Made by a program: the position numbers and the translations under genes. The notes below the pieces were generated by a model. That model saw only the letters and a list, made by a program, of their open reading frames with translations, was not told the DNA's origin and did no database searches. This document shows positions 10,757-22,614 of a DNA stretch of 48,269 nucleotides, one piece after another; position 1 is the stretch's first letter; every line of letters begins with the position of its first letter. Source of the stretch: Candidatus Altimarinota bacterium (GTDB lineage Bacteria > Patescibacteriota > Gracilibacteria > Absconditabacterales > Absconditicoccaceae). The stretch is from contig JALUXR010000055.1 in the NCBI GenBank assembly GCA_027013285.1, forward strand, positions 1-48,269. The letters are read 5' to 3'.

Positions 10757-11212
10757 AAATAAAAGTAGCTAAATATCTTTAATTTATTTAATATTAGAAA
10801 TATGGAATTTCTTGTGCATGTGATACCTTGAAGTAAACAAATTTTAGTTAAAAAAGATGGTAAAGATTTGTTGACAAATAGAGATATTTATAAAGTAAAA
10901 CTTACTGCGAAACCTATAAATGGAGAAGCAAATAAACAACTTATAGAAGTGTTGGTGGATTTCTTTAAGACAAAAAGAAGATTTATAGAAATTGATAAAT
11001 GAGCTAGTAGTAGGTTAAAACTTGTAAAAATAATTGAAAATTAAAAATACTTTTGTACAATTAAATCAATTTTAATTTTTTATTAAAATATTATGAAAAC
11101 ACCTTATATTTGGAAAAATGGAGAGTTTATAGCTTGGGATGATGCTTTGGACCATAATATTACTCATTCTTTACATTATGGTAGTTGAGTTTTTGAATGA
11201 ATTAGATTTTAT
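10757..11212 (+). repeat. 456-bp direct repeat, right copy
   Basis: Identical to 8355-8810. Confidence 0.95.
10802..11044 (+). CDS. DUF167 (YggU-like) family protein, copy 2
   Basis: Identical to 8400-8642. Confidence 0.8.
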
Positions 11213-12001
11213 CCTACCGAAAATGGACCGAAGATTTTTAGGCTTAAAGAACATATTCAAAGACTTTTTTATTCTGCATCTTGTATGCAAATGGAAATTC
11301 CTTTTACGGAAGAGGAAATTATAAAAGCTACAATAGAATTAGTTGAAAAATCTGGAATAGAAAGTGGATATATAAGACCTATTGCTTATTTTGGTTATGG
11401 TAAAATGTGATTAAATCCTACATGAGCACCAGTTGAAATTGCTATCTCAGCTTGGGCTTGGTGAAAATATCTTTCAGAAGATCCTATAAATGTAAAAATT
11501 CCATCTGTAAGGAGAATTGATCCTCAAACTATTCCAATGTGAGCAAAAATTTGTGGTAACTATGCAAATAGTATTTTAGCAAGTTTGGAGATTAAAAATG
11601 GAGGTTATGATGAATGACTTTTACTTGATACACAATGATTTATTGCAGAATGACCTGGTGAAAATATCTTTTTTGTAAGATGAAAAGAACTTTTTACACC
11701 AACTTTATGAACTATACTTCCTTGAATTACAAGAGATACTATTATAAAATTATTTAAAGATAAATTTGATATTGATGTAAAAGAAACTAGAATACATCCA
11801 AAACAATTAAAAGAATTTGATGAAACTTTTTTTGTAGGTACAGCAGCAGAAGTAACTCCTATTTGAACTATTACAGATGAGCTTTGAAATAAATTTGAAT
11901 ATAATTCAGGAGAAGAAAATAGCTATACTCAAAAAATAAAAAAAATATATGATGATGTAGTAAAATGAAAAGATAAAGATTATTTACAATGGTTAGCTTA
12001 G
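11093..12001 (+). CDS. ilvE: branched-chain amino acid aminotransferase
   Basis: 302 aa. [40 protein letters not shown]; later GYIRPIAYFGYG, EGPGENIFFV, LPGITRD, FFVGTAAEVTPI. Stop TAG 11999-12001. Track ORF 11139-11324 is in a wrong frame. Confidence 0.93.
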
Positions 12002-12034
12002 GCGAACTTTTTTATTTGAAAAATTATTTTTATT

Positions 12035-12057
12035 AGTTATACTGGTATAACTTTTTA
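12035..12057 (+). terminator. rho-independent terminator after ilvE
   Basis: AGTTAT-ACTGGT-ATAACT followed by TTTTT. Confidence 0.55.
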
Positions 12058-12077
12058 TACTAGTTATTTTTAATATT

Positions 12078-12275
12078 ATGAAACTTTATTGAATTACAAA
12101 ACTTTGACCTAAATGACAAGTTGTGATACCACAGGAAGCAAGAGAAGATTTATGATTAAAACCTGGTGATAAGGTAGTAGTTTTTTCACCATCTTGAAAA
12201 TGAGTTGTGGTAACTTCGACAAAAGAAATGAAAAAACATTTAAAAGATTTTTCTCAATTATTTGAAGAAGAATAA
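12078..12275 (+). CDS. AbrB/MazE/SpoVT-type DNA-binding protein
   Basis: 65 aa. MKLYGITKLGPKGQVVIPQEAREDLGLKPGDKVVVFSPSG is the typical looped-hinge-helix signature. Confidence 0.8.
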
Positions 12276-12308
12276 TTTTTTTATATTTATAAATTAACCT
12301 TAAAATAA

Positions 12309-12941
12309 ATGAAAAATATATTAGATTGTTTAAATTGGAGATATGCTGTAAAAAAGTTTAATTCTAATAAAAAAGTTTCAAACGAGAATTTAGAAAAGAT
12401 ATTACAAGGTTTTACTTTGACAGCTTCTTCTTTTAATTTACAGCCTTGGTGAATTGTTGTTGTAGAAAACCAAGAATTAAAAGATAAATTGTTTGAATAT
12501 TCTTATTATCAAGAGCAAATAAAAGATTGTTCACATTTGTTAGTTTTGTGTAGAAAAACTGATTTATCTGAAAAATTAGTTGATGATTTGATAGACTCAC
12601 TAGTTGAAAAATCTGGAATGAAAAAAAATAATTTTGAATCTTATGAAAATATGATGAGATGATTTCTATCTAGATTGGACGATAATAGAAAAATATCTTG
12701 GGCTGAAAAACAAGTTTATATTGCCTTGGGAAATTTACTTGATGTATGTGCCTGTTTAGAAATAGATTCTTGTCCAATGGAATGATTTGATAAACAAAAA
12801 TATGATGAAATCTTAAATTTACAAGAAAAATGATTATCTTCTGTTTTGGTTTTGCCTATTGGTTATAGAGCAGAAGATGATAAATATGCTACTATTCCTA
12901 AACATAGGTATGATTTGGATGATTTAGTTATAAAAATGTAA
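12309..12941 (+). CDS. NAD(P)H nitroreductase family protein
   Basis: 210 aa. NWRYAVKKFNSNKKVS, SSFNLQPWGIVVV, CPMEGFD and LPIGYRAEDD are typical of NfsB/oxygen-insensitive nitroreductases. Confidence 0.85.
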
Positions 12942-12943
12942 TT

Positions 12944-13450
12944 ATGATTTCTTTTTATGATATTATTTGATATATTTCTGTATGATTTGCAATAGCAGGA
13001 TTTCTTACAAAGTCTAGAAATAGAATGTTAATTTATGGAATTATATCTACATTGTTATTATGAATTTGTGTATATTTTTATTGATGATATAATTGATTAA
13101 GTGTTTCTATAATATCAGTAGTTGTAAAATTATTGTCATTATTTGTAAACAAGAAATATTTAAAATATATCAAATATTCTACACCATTTGTAGCATTATG
13201 ATTGTTTTTTATTCTTCCTGAATGAATTGAATGAATTATTCCAGCTTTGAGTATGTTCTTTATAATTGTTGCAGATAGTCAAAAAGATGTTTTAAAGATG
13301 AAATATTGGTATTATGGTAGTAATTTACTATGGTTAAGTTATGGTATTATATTATTTAGTATTCCTGCTATTTTGTTTGATACATTTTGATTTTTATCTC
13401 TTACTTATGGAGTATATAAAATAAGAAAAGATAGAAAGAAATTAACCTAA
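12944..13450 (+). CDS. YgjV-like inner membrane protein (putative)
   Basis: 168 aa with several hydrophobic helices. Verified open from ATG 12944 to TAA 13448-13450. The family call is tentative. Confidence 0.7.
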
Positions 13451-13501
13451 TTTTAAGGTTAATAATTATTATAAATAGATTTTAAATTATAAAATGAATA
13501 A

Positions 13502-15328
13502 ATGAAAAAAATATTGTTAGTATCTTTATGAATTAGTCTAGTTTTATCTTGATGTAGTTCAAAAGAGCAAGTAATAAAAAAAAACATACAAACACAGGAT
13601 GTAAAACAAACTTGTAATAAATCTTTTGTTGTGTGAAGTTGAAAAAATCAAGTTTATAATTTACAAGCAAAAGTAGTTTCTTCAAACATAAAAAATATTA
13701 CTTCAAATAATGCTTGAGTTATTTCTTACTTGAATTGTACTCCTTGACAAAAAGTAAATTCAAAAACTTTGCTAGCAAAAATAATTCCTGATTGGTCAAG
13801 TCCTACTATAAAAAATTTGATTAACCAGAAAAAAGCTATTCAAACTCAGTTAGAGAATACAAAGAATATTTTTGTTAGTACAAAGTCTAACTTTTCTTCC
13901 CAATTAAATTCTTTAGTTATACAAAAAACTAATTTAGAAAGTCAGATTAAAATATTAAATCAGAATTTAATTAAATTAAATAATCAAAAGAAATATTGAA
14001 TTAATGATCTTTGAGAACAATTAAGTAACTTACAAACTCAATTGAAAAATTTAAAAAAATCAAAAACTAACTTAGAACAAAGTAAGCAAGCAGATATAGA
14101 AAAAATTAAATTATCTATTTTGAATACAAAAAACAGTATTTCATCTTCCATCAAAAATGACTTATTTAGAATTGATGAGATATTTTGAATATCTGATGCA
14201 AATAAACATAAAAATGATGCTTATAAAAATTATTTGAGTGCAAAGAATACTACACTTAAAGATAAAATTAAAAATGATTGGAGAAAAATATCTTCACAAA
14301 AAATAAATAATTTATCAAATAAAGAATTTTCTAATTATATTCAACAAGTTGATTTGCTTGTTCAAGATGTAAAACAGGCAATTAAAAATTCAGTAGCTTC
14401 AAGAAGTTTTTCACAAACACAAATAAATACATACTATAATGAATTTAATTCTTATGATTTAGCTTTAATTTCTTCAAAAACTAAGTTAGATGATTTAATT
14501 CAAAATTATACTACAATTGTTAATAATTATGATACACAAATAATTTCATTAGAAACACAGATAGATACTATAAAATCTAATATAAAAAACATTAAAGATA
14601 ATAAGATAGATTCTTATTCTTCAAGTATAGATATTCAAATAAATACAACTAAAACTCAATTAGATAATACAAATTCAAGTTTAAAAAATATAGAAAATCA
14701 AATTAAATCTCTAGATGATCAAGAAAATATTCAGCTTAAACAATTAGAAAATCAAATTTCTAGTTTAAAATCAAATTTATCTCAAATTAATGTAAATTTA
14801 GCACCACAAAATATTTATGCAGGTGTAAATTGAAAAATTAAAAACAAAAAAGCCGATAAATGAAATAAAGTATGACCAAACGGCTTGATCTGTCAGATAG
14901 TTCCAAATAAGAGTAGTTTAAAATTACAAATTTATGGAGATTTAGGAGTTGGAAGAGATTTAGGAGAAGTTGAATTTAAAGATAACAATTGAAAAAATTG
15001 TAAATTAAAAATAGTTAGTAAATTACCTTACCAAGATCCAATTACTCAAAATAATATTTATGAAACAGAAGATAATATTAATTGTAATATTCAAGAATGA
15101 GAAATTTTGTCTGTAAAATATAATAAAGAAAACAATAAAGTTATAAATTGAAATAAAAAAATATTTATACCATTAGATTTTGTAGTAAATAAACTTACTG
15201 GACAGTTTGTAAAAGAAAAGATAGCTAGCTGAGATATTCAAGAAATTCCTGTTAAACTTTGAAATATAGACTGAACAAATGTAGAGATTTTATCTTGATT
15301 AAAAATATGAGATAAGATTTGTAGATAG
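13502..15328 (+). CDS. lipoprotein, HlyD/RND membrane-fusion (periplasmic adaptor)-like with long coiled coil
   Basis: Signal peptide plus lipobox LVLSGCSS, whose Gly is TGA 13550-13552. Track ORFs 13769-13999 and 14234-14833 are in frame. Has a Q/N/S-rich coiled coil and a C-terminal beta-rich part. Lies upstream of the RND pump. Stop TAG 15326-15328. Confidence 0.8.
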
Positions 15329-15402
15329 GAGATTTGGAGATTAAAGGAGATAATGTAGATGAGTTAATTGCTAAAAAATAATTTAATTTGTAAAATATAG
15401 AA

Positions 15403-15753
15403 ATGTCTAATAATTGTGTATTTTGTAATATAGATAAGAAAAATTATATATTCGAAAATAATCATTTTTTTGTGGTCTTAGATAAAAATCCCATAACTAA
15501 ATGACATTGTCTTATTGTATCTAAGCTTCATTTTAACAACATTTTTGATGCAAATATATCTATATTTAATAATTTATGAGATGTACTTCAATTTCTAATA
15601 ACTAGTTTTAAAAATAAATATTGATTTGAAGATTTTAACATTTTGCATGCAAGCTGAAAAAATGCTCAACAAAGTGTAGGACATTTACATATTCATTTTG
15701 TTCCAAGATATAAGAATGATAATTTAGATTTATGGATTAAAAATAAAAAATAA
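15403..15753 (+). CDS. HIT (histidine triad) family protein
   Basis: 116 aa. CVFCNI, NPITKGHCLIVSK, and the histidine triad GHLHIHFVP. Confidence 0.88.
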
Positions 15754-15757
15754 CTAT

Positions 15758-16933
15758 ATGTTCTCAAAACTAAAAACAACAAAATTTATAGTGCTTAGTA
15801 TTCTATTTCTGGATGTGCTATCTATTGGATTATTTGTGCCACTTTTACCAGATTTGGTAAATTATTTTCATGTATCTATTTTTTTAATTTCACTTGCTAT
15901 TTGAGTTTATGCACTTTTTTCTTTTTTATTTAATCCTATTTTAGGGCAATTATCTGATAAAATTTGAAGAAAAAAGGTCCTGATTTTGTGTGCTGTTTGA
16001 AGTTTTTTTTCAAATTTGATTATGGCTTTGTCAAATACCTATTTATTTTTTATGGTTTGAAGAGTTATAAATTGAATTACTTGATGAAATATTTCTATTA
16101 TAAGTTCAATTTTATCAGATATTTCTGAAAATAAAAAAGAAAGAGCTACAAATTTTTGATTTATGGGAGCTTTGTTTTGAATTTGATTTGTGGTTGGTCC
16201 AGCTTTATCAATATTTTTATTACAATTTTGATTAAAAGTGCCTTTTTATTTTATGGTAGCTTTTAGTTTTATTGAAGTATTTTTAATTTACTTTTTACTT
16301 GAAGAAACAAATAAAGATTTATCAAATAGACAATTAGTTTACAATCCTTTTATTAGTATTTGGAAATTTATAAAAATAAAAAATACAAGATATTTTATTT
16401 TAAGTATGTTTTTTCTTTTGTTAGCTTCTGGTATGTATCAAGGTATGTTACCAGTTTATTTGGTAGATAAATTTAAAGTTTCCATAAATTTTGCAGGTAT
16501 TTTTATGTCTGTAATTTGACTTGTAATACTTATAAATCAAGCAATTTTGTTTAAAAAGTTTTGGTTAAAATATTTTAGTATTAGAAAATTATTTTTTATT
16601 TTGAATATATGAGCTTTGATTCTATTTTTTATTTTAAGTTTTGTTTATAAAATAAATATTTTTATTTGCTTATTTATAATATTAGTTATGTTTTATGGAG
16701 TTATTAGACCTATTTATCAAACTGAACTTATAGAAAATGTAGATAAAACTCAAACTTGAGAGGTCTTGTGAGTTACTTCTTCTATTCAAAGTTTGGTGAT
16801 GTTTCTTTGACCTTTGATAGCAGGTTATTTGATGGATAAAAATATTGATATATTTTTTGCTTCAAGCTTGTTTGTGTTTGTGTCAGTATTATTTCTTGGG
16901 AAATTGAAAAATTATTTAATTATTAAAAAATAG
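15758..16933 (+). CDS. MFS transporter (DHA1/TetA-like)
   Basis: 391 aa and about 12 hydrophobic segments. MFS motif GQLSDKIGRKKVL. Track ORF 16238-16519 is in frame. Confidence 0.88.
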
Positions 16934-16935
16934 CT

Positions 16936-19900
16936 ATGATAGAAAAAATTATTAAAAAATATAAACCATTTTTATTGCTTATTATGATTTTAATAGTATG
17001 ACTTGGTCTTTATAGTTTTAAAAAAATGCCAAAAGAATCTTCTCCTAGTATAGATATTCCATTTTTTGTAATAACTAGTATTTATCCAGGTGCAGATGCA
17101 AAGTCTGTTGAAGAACAAGTTACACAAAAAATAGAAGATAAACTTCCTTCTGTAAATCATATTTCTACTTACAATAGTATCTCTGCTGACAATGTATCAG
17201 CTATTACAGTTCAATTTCAAAGATGAACAGATAAAAATACTGCTTATAATGACTTAAAATCTGCTTTAGATAATGTCAAAAAAGAACTTCCATCTGATGT
17301 TTCTATTAATTTTAAATCAACTGATATTGTATCAATTCCTGTTTATACTTTTTCTATTGAATGAAATTTGTATCCTTCTATTATGTATGACAAAATAAGA
17401 TTTTTAGAAGATGATTTAAAAAAACTTCCATGAGTTGATAGTGTAAATATAATATGAAGTTATATTCCAGTTGTAAAAATAAATTTTAATTATAATAAAT
17501 TAAAAAAATATCATTTTAGTATAAAACAACTTGTATGAATTATAAACTCTTCTATTGTTAAAATACCACTTGGTAAAAAACAAATTGGTAAATTATTATA
17601 TAGTTTTGAAGTGAGAACATATGCTTTAAGTTGATCTAATTTAATAGATAAATTAGAAAATTTTAAAAAGCAATTGTTAAATATACCTTTGATAAACAAA
17701 CAAGGTAATATTTTAAGATTAAAAAATTTAGCAGATGTAGATATTTCTCATCCTTTTTACAAAAAAGAATCTTTCGTAAATGGTAAAACTGCAATAACTT
17801 ATATGGTTTATAAAACATCTTGAACTGATATATTAAACTTAGTTTCAAGAATTAAAAATTATTTAAAAACAAAAGAAAAATTTTTCAAACAAAACAATTT
17901 AAAAGTTGTAGAAGTAAGTTCACAAACTATTGATATAAATAAAACTTTTTATACTTTTATAAATAATTTTCGGGAAACAACTTTAATTATTTTACTTGTA
18001 ATTGGTTTATTTATTGGTCTTAAGGAAGCATTTTCAGTATTTTTAGCATTTCCTTTAGTTTATCTTCTTACATTTATATATTTATATTCTATTTGATATA
18101 CTTTCAATAGTATAGTAAGTTTTTCTCTTGTTCTTACTTTATGAATTATGGTAGATAATCTTATAATTATTATCGAATGAATAGATGAAGCTCTTAATAA
18201 ATGATTAAATAAATATGAAGCAATAGCATTTTCTCTCAAAACATACCGGAAATCCATATTAGCTTGAAATTTTACAACTATTGCAATGTTTTTTCCTTTA
18301 AATTTTATGCTTTCTGGTAGAATATGAGCTTTTATGAAATCTTTACCAACTACTATAGATTCTACACTTATTTTTTCTATGATAGTTGCTTTTATATTTT
18401 TACCTATAATCATAACTTTCTTTAAATTTAATAGAAAAAATAAAATAAAAAGTAATGAAAATAAACAAAACAATAAAACTAATATTTATAAAAAAATATA
18501 TTTAAAACTTCTAAAATATCCCAAAACTGTAATATTTTCTTTTTGGTTAATATTTATTTTATCTACAATGGCTTTTGTAAAATTTGGTTCAGTAAATTTT
18601 TTACCTGCAACAGATAAAAATAATATTTATGTGAATATAAAATACAATAAATCTTTTTCTTTAGCAGAAAATAAAAAAGATACAGAAAAAATTTATACAG
18701 ATATAAAAAAGTTTTTTAATAAATACTATCCTTGAATTGTGAAAAATATGGAAATTACAGTTTGAGATTATCAAACTACACAACCATTGGATAGAGTAAT
18801 TTATAATAATAGTTTCAATCCAGATTTAGCAAAAATAAATATAAGATTAACTGATACAGATGATAGAGATTCTTATCAAAATGCTACAAAAATTTATCCA
18901 AGATTAAACAATTATTTACATTCAAAATTAGTAGAGTTTGGTTGAAAAATAAAAGAAATAAATGCATTTATTAGGAAAAATGGTCCTAGTGCTTGAAAAG
19001 ATGTATGATTTAATATTTCAATTGCTAGTTGAGATAAAACAAATATTGTTACTTTGGCAAATAATTATTCTAAATTACTACCAGAATTGAAAGGAATATC
19101 TTGAACTTATGGTTGGAGTAGCTCGTTAGAGTATACAAATTGAAAAATACAAATTTTATATAATTTAGATAAAATAAAATTATTTAATTTAGATTTATTA
19201 GATATAAATACTTTTTTACTTGGTTTGTATGATAAAACTCAAAATTATCAATGATGAGGTATAAATATTTCATCTTTATCTAATTTTTGAAAAGATATTA
19301 TTCCTGTAAAAGGATATATCATAGCACAAAATAGTCAAAAACTAGATTATTCACATTTAATTATTCCTTGAACAAATATTTATGTTTCACAAGTTGTAAA
19401 AAGTATAAAAATCAAACCAGATATAAAATATTATAAACATTTGGATGGAACTTTGGTTATAAATATTCAATCATATAAAGATCCAAAAACTACTTTGTGA
19501 GATATTACAAAACAAATAAATAATATTATTAAAAAATTCCCACAAATAAAACTTACTTATGCATCAGATGTGAAGGATATGAAGCAATCTATGAAAGATT
19601 TAGGTTTTGCATTCTTAGTTTGAATATTTCTTATGTTTGCTGTATTAGTTCTAAATTTTGAAAATTATAAGTATTCTTTGATAGTATTTAGTATTATTCC
19701 TTTACTTTTTATTTGAGCTTTTTGGTTGTTGATAGTTTTTCATTTGCCTTTTGGTTTTCCAGCACAATTGTGAATGTTTGGACTTATATGAGTTTGAGTA
19801 AATGATGCTATTTTACTTATTGAAAGATATCAGGAGCTTAAAAAATGAAATAAAAAGATGAAAGATATTGATTTTCTAGATGTGGTAAAAACTAGAATTA

Positions 19901-20070
19901 AACCAGTATTCCTTACAACTTTAACAACTGTATTATGATTAGCTACATTAGCAGTAAAGGATGCTTTATGGTGAAGTTTAGCATTGGCATTTATGGGTGG
20001 TTTGATAGTTTGAACTTTTATAAATTTAGTTTATATTCCTTTTATGTTGAAAGTGGTTGATAAAAAATAA
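16936..20070 (+). CDS. RND-family efflux transporter (AcrB/AcrD/AcrF-like)
   Basis: 1044 aa. Track ORFs 17026-17226 and 18334-18735 are in frame, and I checked the gap between them (17221-18360) line by line. Typical SIDIPFFVITSIYPGADAKSVEEQVTQKIE, GIMVDNLIIIIEGI and GVGVNDAILLIERY. Stop TAA 20068-20070. Confidence 0.93.
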
Positions 20071-20137
20071 GATTATTATTGAATAATAAAAAAATATTAT
20101 TATATTTTAGATGTTTAATTAATTAAAATATATTCTT

Positions 20138-20437
20138 ATGTGAAAACCTTGGGAAGAAGATAAAGTTGATTGGGACAATTACGAATGGAGTGAAGATGAA
20201 GAAAATGGAAATACGACACAAGATGATGAAGAAGAACAAATAGTTGTAAAAGATTCAAATGGAAATGTTTTACAAGAATGAGATTCTGTAATTGCTATCA
20301 AAGATATTAAATGAAAATGAGTTAATATAAAAAGATGAGATAAATTTAATAATATTAGCTTTACAGATGATGAAGGCTTGATTTATGTGCCAAAACAAAA
20401 ATTATATTTAAAAACAGAATTCTTTAAAAAAGCATAA
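20138..20437 (+). CDS. PhnA-domain protein
   Basis: 99 aa. DSNGNVLQEGDSVIAIKDIKGKGVNIKRGDKFNNISFTDDEGLI...LKTEFFKKA matches the PhnA C-terminal domain pattern. Confidence 0.75.
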
Positions 20438-20522
20438 ACAAATATAATTTATATATTATAGGTTTAATTGTCTATTTTAGATGGTTGATCCTATATTTTT
20501 ATTATTAAAAAATTTAAAATAA

Positions 20523-20984
20523 ATGTTAAATGAAAATGATTTAAAACAAATAAAAAACTTAATTTTATCTTATTATAAGGAAAAGAAATATTTTCCATTT
20601 GTAGAAGATCTTTTAGAAAAATATAAAATGTTTTTTCCTGAGAATCTTGATGATGAAATAAAACAACAAATTAATAATTTAGTAAATGAAATAATATTAG
20701 AACAGATCGAAGCTAAAAAAACAAAGGGTGGGCAGATAATGTTGAGGTTGCTACAAAACAATGAGGAATTATGGAAAGAATTTAGAAAATTAAATTCAAA
20801 AGAATTTTTTAAAGAGGAAAAATTTCAAGAAATTTGAGTACAAATAGAGAAATTAATACTTGAATGAGAAGATAGACTTACAGAAAAATTAGTTTGAGGT
20901 AGAAGTATGTGAATACAAAAAGCTTCTGAGGCTTGGTATGATATGGTTTATGCTATATTTCCAGAATGGAATAAATTAAAGTAA
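20523..20984 (+). CDS. hypothetical protein
   Basis: Track ORF 20523-20837 extends through 5 TGA codons to TAA 20982-20984 (153 aa). Confidence 0.7.
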
Positions 20985-20991
20985 ATAGATT

Positions 20992-21016
20992 CTAGACTTG
21001 TTCTAGGTCTTTTTTT
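20992..21016 (+). terminator. rho-independent terminator
   Basis: CTAGA-CTTGT-TCTAG, then GTC and a T7 run. Confidence 0.5.
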
Positions 21017-21051
21017 ATAAAAAAAACTATACAAATATTAATGTATAGTTT
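21017..21051 (-). terminator. rho-independent terminator for the korB-like gene
   Basis: Plus-strand A-run followed by a perfect 10-bp stem AAACTATACA (21024-21033) / TGTATAGTTT (21042-21051). Confidence 0.65.
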
Positions 21052-21068
21052 ATCTTCTTAAAATAAAA

Positions 21069-21671
21069 TTACCATTTTTTCCAACTAGGACATGCTTGTA
21101 TCACATCTATATGTGCAAATCATTCGTAATTTATTGCTTCAACTATAGTGCTTTTAAGTCATAAGAAATCTTTGTCTTCTACTTGTTTTGTAAATTTTGC
21201 TCAAGCTGCTTGTAAAAGTCAAATTGGATGAAAAGGAGGATAAGGATTTCCATCTGGTGTAGATGAAGTTTTAATTCATTCTGGAGTAGTTGGACTTGCT
21301 TGTCCAGTCGTAAGTCAATAATTTTCATTGTTATGCACTATTACAGTGATATCTATATTTTTTTTTGCAGTATGTAATAGATGTCCAAGTCATATTCCAT
21401 ACATATCACCGTCTCCACCAAAACATATTACTTTCAATTTTTTATTTGCAAGTTTGATTCAAACTCAAAAAGGAACTGATCTTCCATGTAAAGTCTCAGC
21501 TGCATAACCAGGTATATATTGAGTTATTTTTCCTGCACATCATATTCAGGATACTGTAACTATATTTTCTTTATCTATGTCTAATTCATTTAGTGCATTT
21601 TTTATAGCTCATAAAATAAGATAGTCTCCACAACCTGGACACCATTGTATGTCTTGTAAATTTGTTCTCAT
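21069..21671 (-). CDS. 2-oxoacid:ferredoxin oxidoreductase beta (TPP-binding) subunit-like protein
   Basis: 200 aa; all in-frame triplets checked. MRTNLQDIQWCPGCGDY, GIGCAGK, GGDGDMYGIG, VHNNENYGLTTGQASPTTP. Not in the ORF track because it has about 17 in-frame TGA. Confidence 0.85.
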
Positions 21672-21763
21672 TATTGAAATTAATATCTAAAATTTCTATA
21701 AATATATTGATTAAATTAGAAAAATCTATACTTTGTTAATATTTTAGATTGTATACCTATTTA

Positions 21764-22465
21764 ATGCAAAATTTAGTAAAAGAAATTAAAAAATTTACTT
21801 ACCAAGACTTACTTAATCTAGAACAATATGATGTGCAATATCAAAGTTTGGAGAGTTTATTTTCTGTATTACAAAATAAAGAACAATTTTTGAAATTAAT
21901 AATTATCAATGCTTTGTTGTCTTATCAACTTACTATGAAATGAGAAAAGTATTGGACTTATTTTTCTGAATATTTCAAAAATTGAACTACAAATATTAAG
22001 CAAGATTTTCAAGATTTTTTGTGAAAATACAATAAAAGACTTTTACAAGCAAAACTAAAAAGATTAGACAAAATAATATTATTTGTAAATACTTTAGATT
22101 TGAAGAAATTAGAACATTATAGAAAGCACCAAACAGAGTTTGTGCAGGAACTTGCTGAAGCTATGGGACAGAGAGAAGATGCAAAAACTATAGTTTTTTG
22201 TATAAAAATGTTTATTTGGTGATGAAGAATTATTTGAGAAAATACTATTCCTGATAAAAATATTTTTATTCCAATCGATAGCAGATTAAGTAAAATTTCT
22301 CAAAACAAAAAGGATTGGCTTAAATTATCAGAAGAAACTTGATACAGTTTATTACTTTTGGATACTTTATTTTATATTTCTTTGTGATGAGATTTGGAGA
22401 AAATAGAAGATTTAGAATTGAGGAAGAAGGTTAGTAAGTTTAGAGAAACTTTAGAGAGACTTTAG
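21764..22465 (+). CDS. N-glycosylase/DNA lyase, archaeal-type 8-oxoguanine glycosylase (AGOG) family
   Basis: NALLSYQLTMKGEKYWTYFSEYF and IPIDSRL are typical of AGOG. ATG 21764 (the track starts at in-frame TTG 21749). Stop TAG 22463-22465. Confidence 0.75.
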
Positions 22466-22485
22466 ATGAAAATTATTAAAACTAT

Positions 22486-22511
22486 GCTAGGAAATTACTC
22501 CTAGCTTTTTT
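22486..22511. terminator. hairpin terminator between convergent genes
   Basis: GCTAGGA-AATTAC-TCCTAGC followed by T6. Confidence 0.65.
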
Positions 22512-22614
22512 ATAAGTTAGAAATTATTCTTCTTTAGAACTTTTATGTCTTTTGATAATCTTCTGAATTATTCTTTTTAATTCTCAAATTCTCAATTTTC
22601 AATTATCCATTATC

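Noticed and set aside
6919-11324. Track ORFs 6919-7146 (-), 7345-7551 (+), 7755-7937 (-), 9438-9620 (+), 10377-10724 (-) and 11139-11324 (+)
   Set aside because: Each is out of frame with, or antisense to, a longer table-25 gene carrying recognisable motifs (HEFGH peptidase, the cyclase/CNB-like gene, ilvE).
12078-12275. AbrB/MazE-like gene as half of a toxin-antitoxin pair
   Set aside because: The downstream gene is a nitroreductase and the upstream gene is ilvE. No toxin-like small ORF is adjacent in any frame with table 25.
13442-13462. Hairpin TTAACCT/AGGTTAA after the YgjV-like gene as a terminator
   Set aside because: The stem is present but it is not followed by a T-run. The evidence is too weak to annotate.
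17511-18473. Track ORFs 17511-17699, 17663-17848 and 18060-18473 on the minus strand
   Set aside because: All are antisense to the continuous RND transporter frame, which I verified line by line. They are shadow ORFs of AT-rich coding DNA.
22585-22614. Near-identical 16-17 nt string CTCA(A)TTTTCAATTATC just after the coupling-protein stop (22591-22607) and inside the UvrC-like gene (43471-43486), possibly a dispersed repeat
   Set aside because: It is short and low-complexity (tandem CAATTAT-like units) in very AT-rich DNA. One copy is ordinary coding sequence. With only two copies seen, this is insufficient to call a repeat family.
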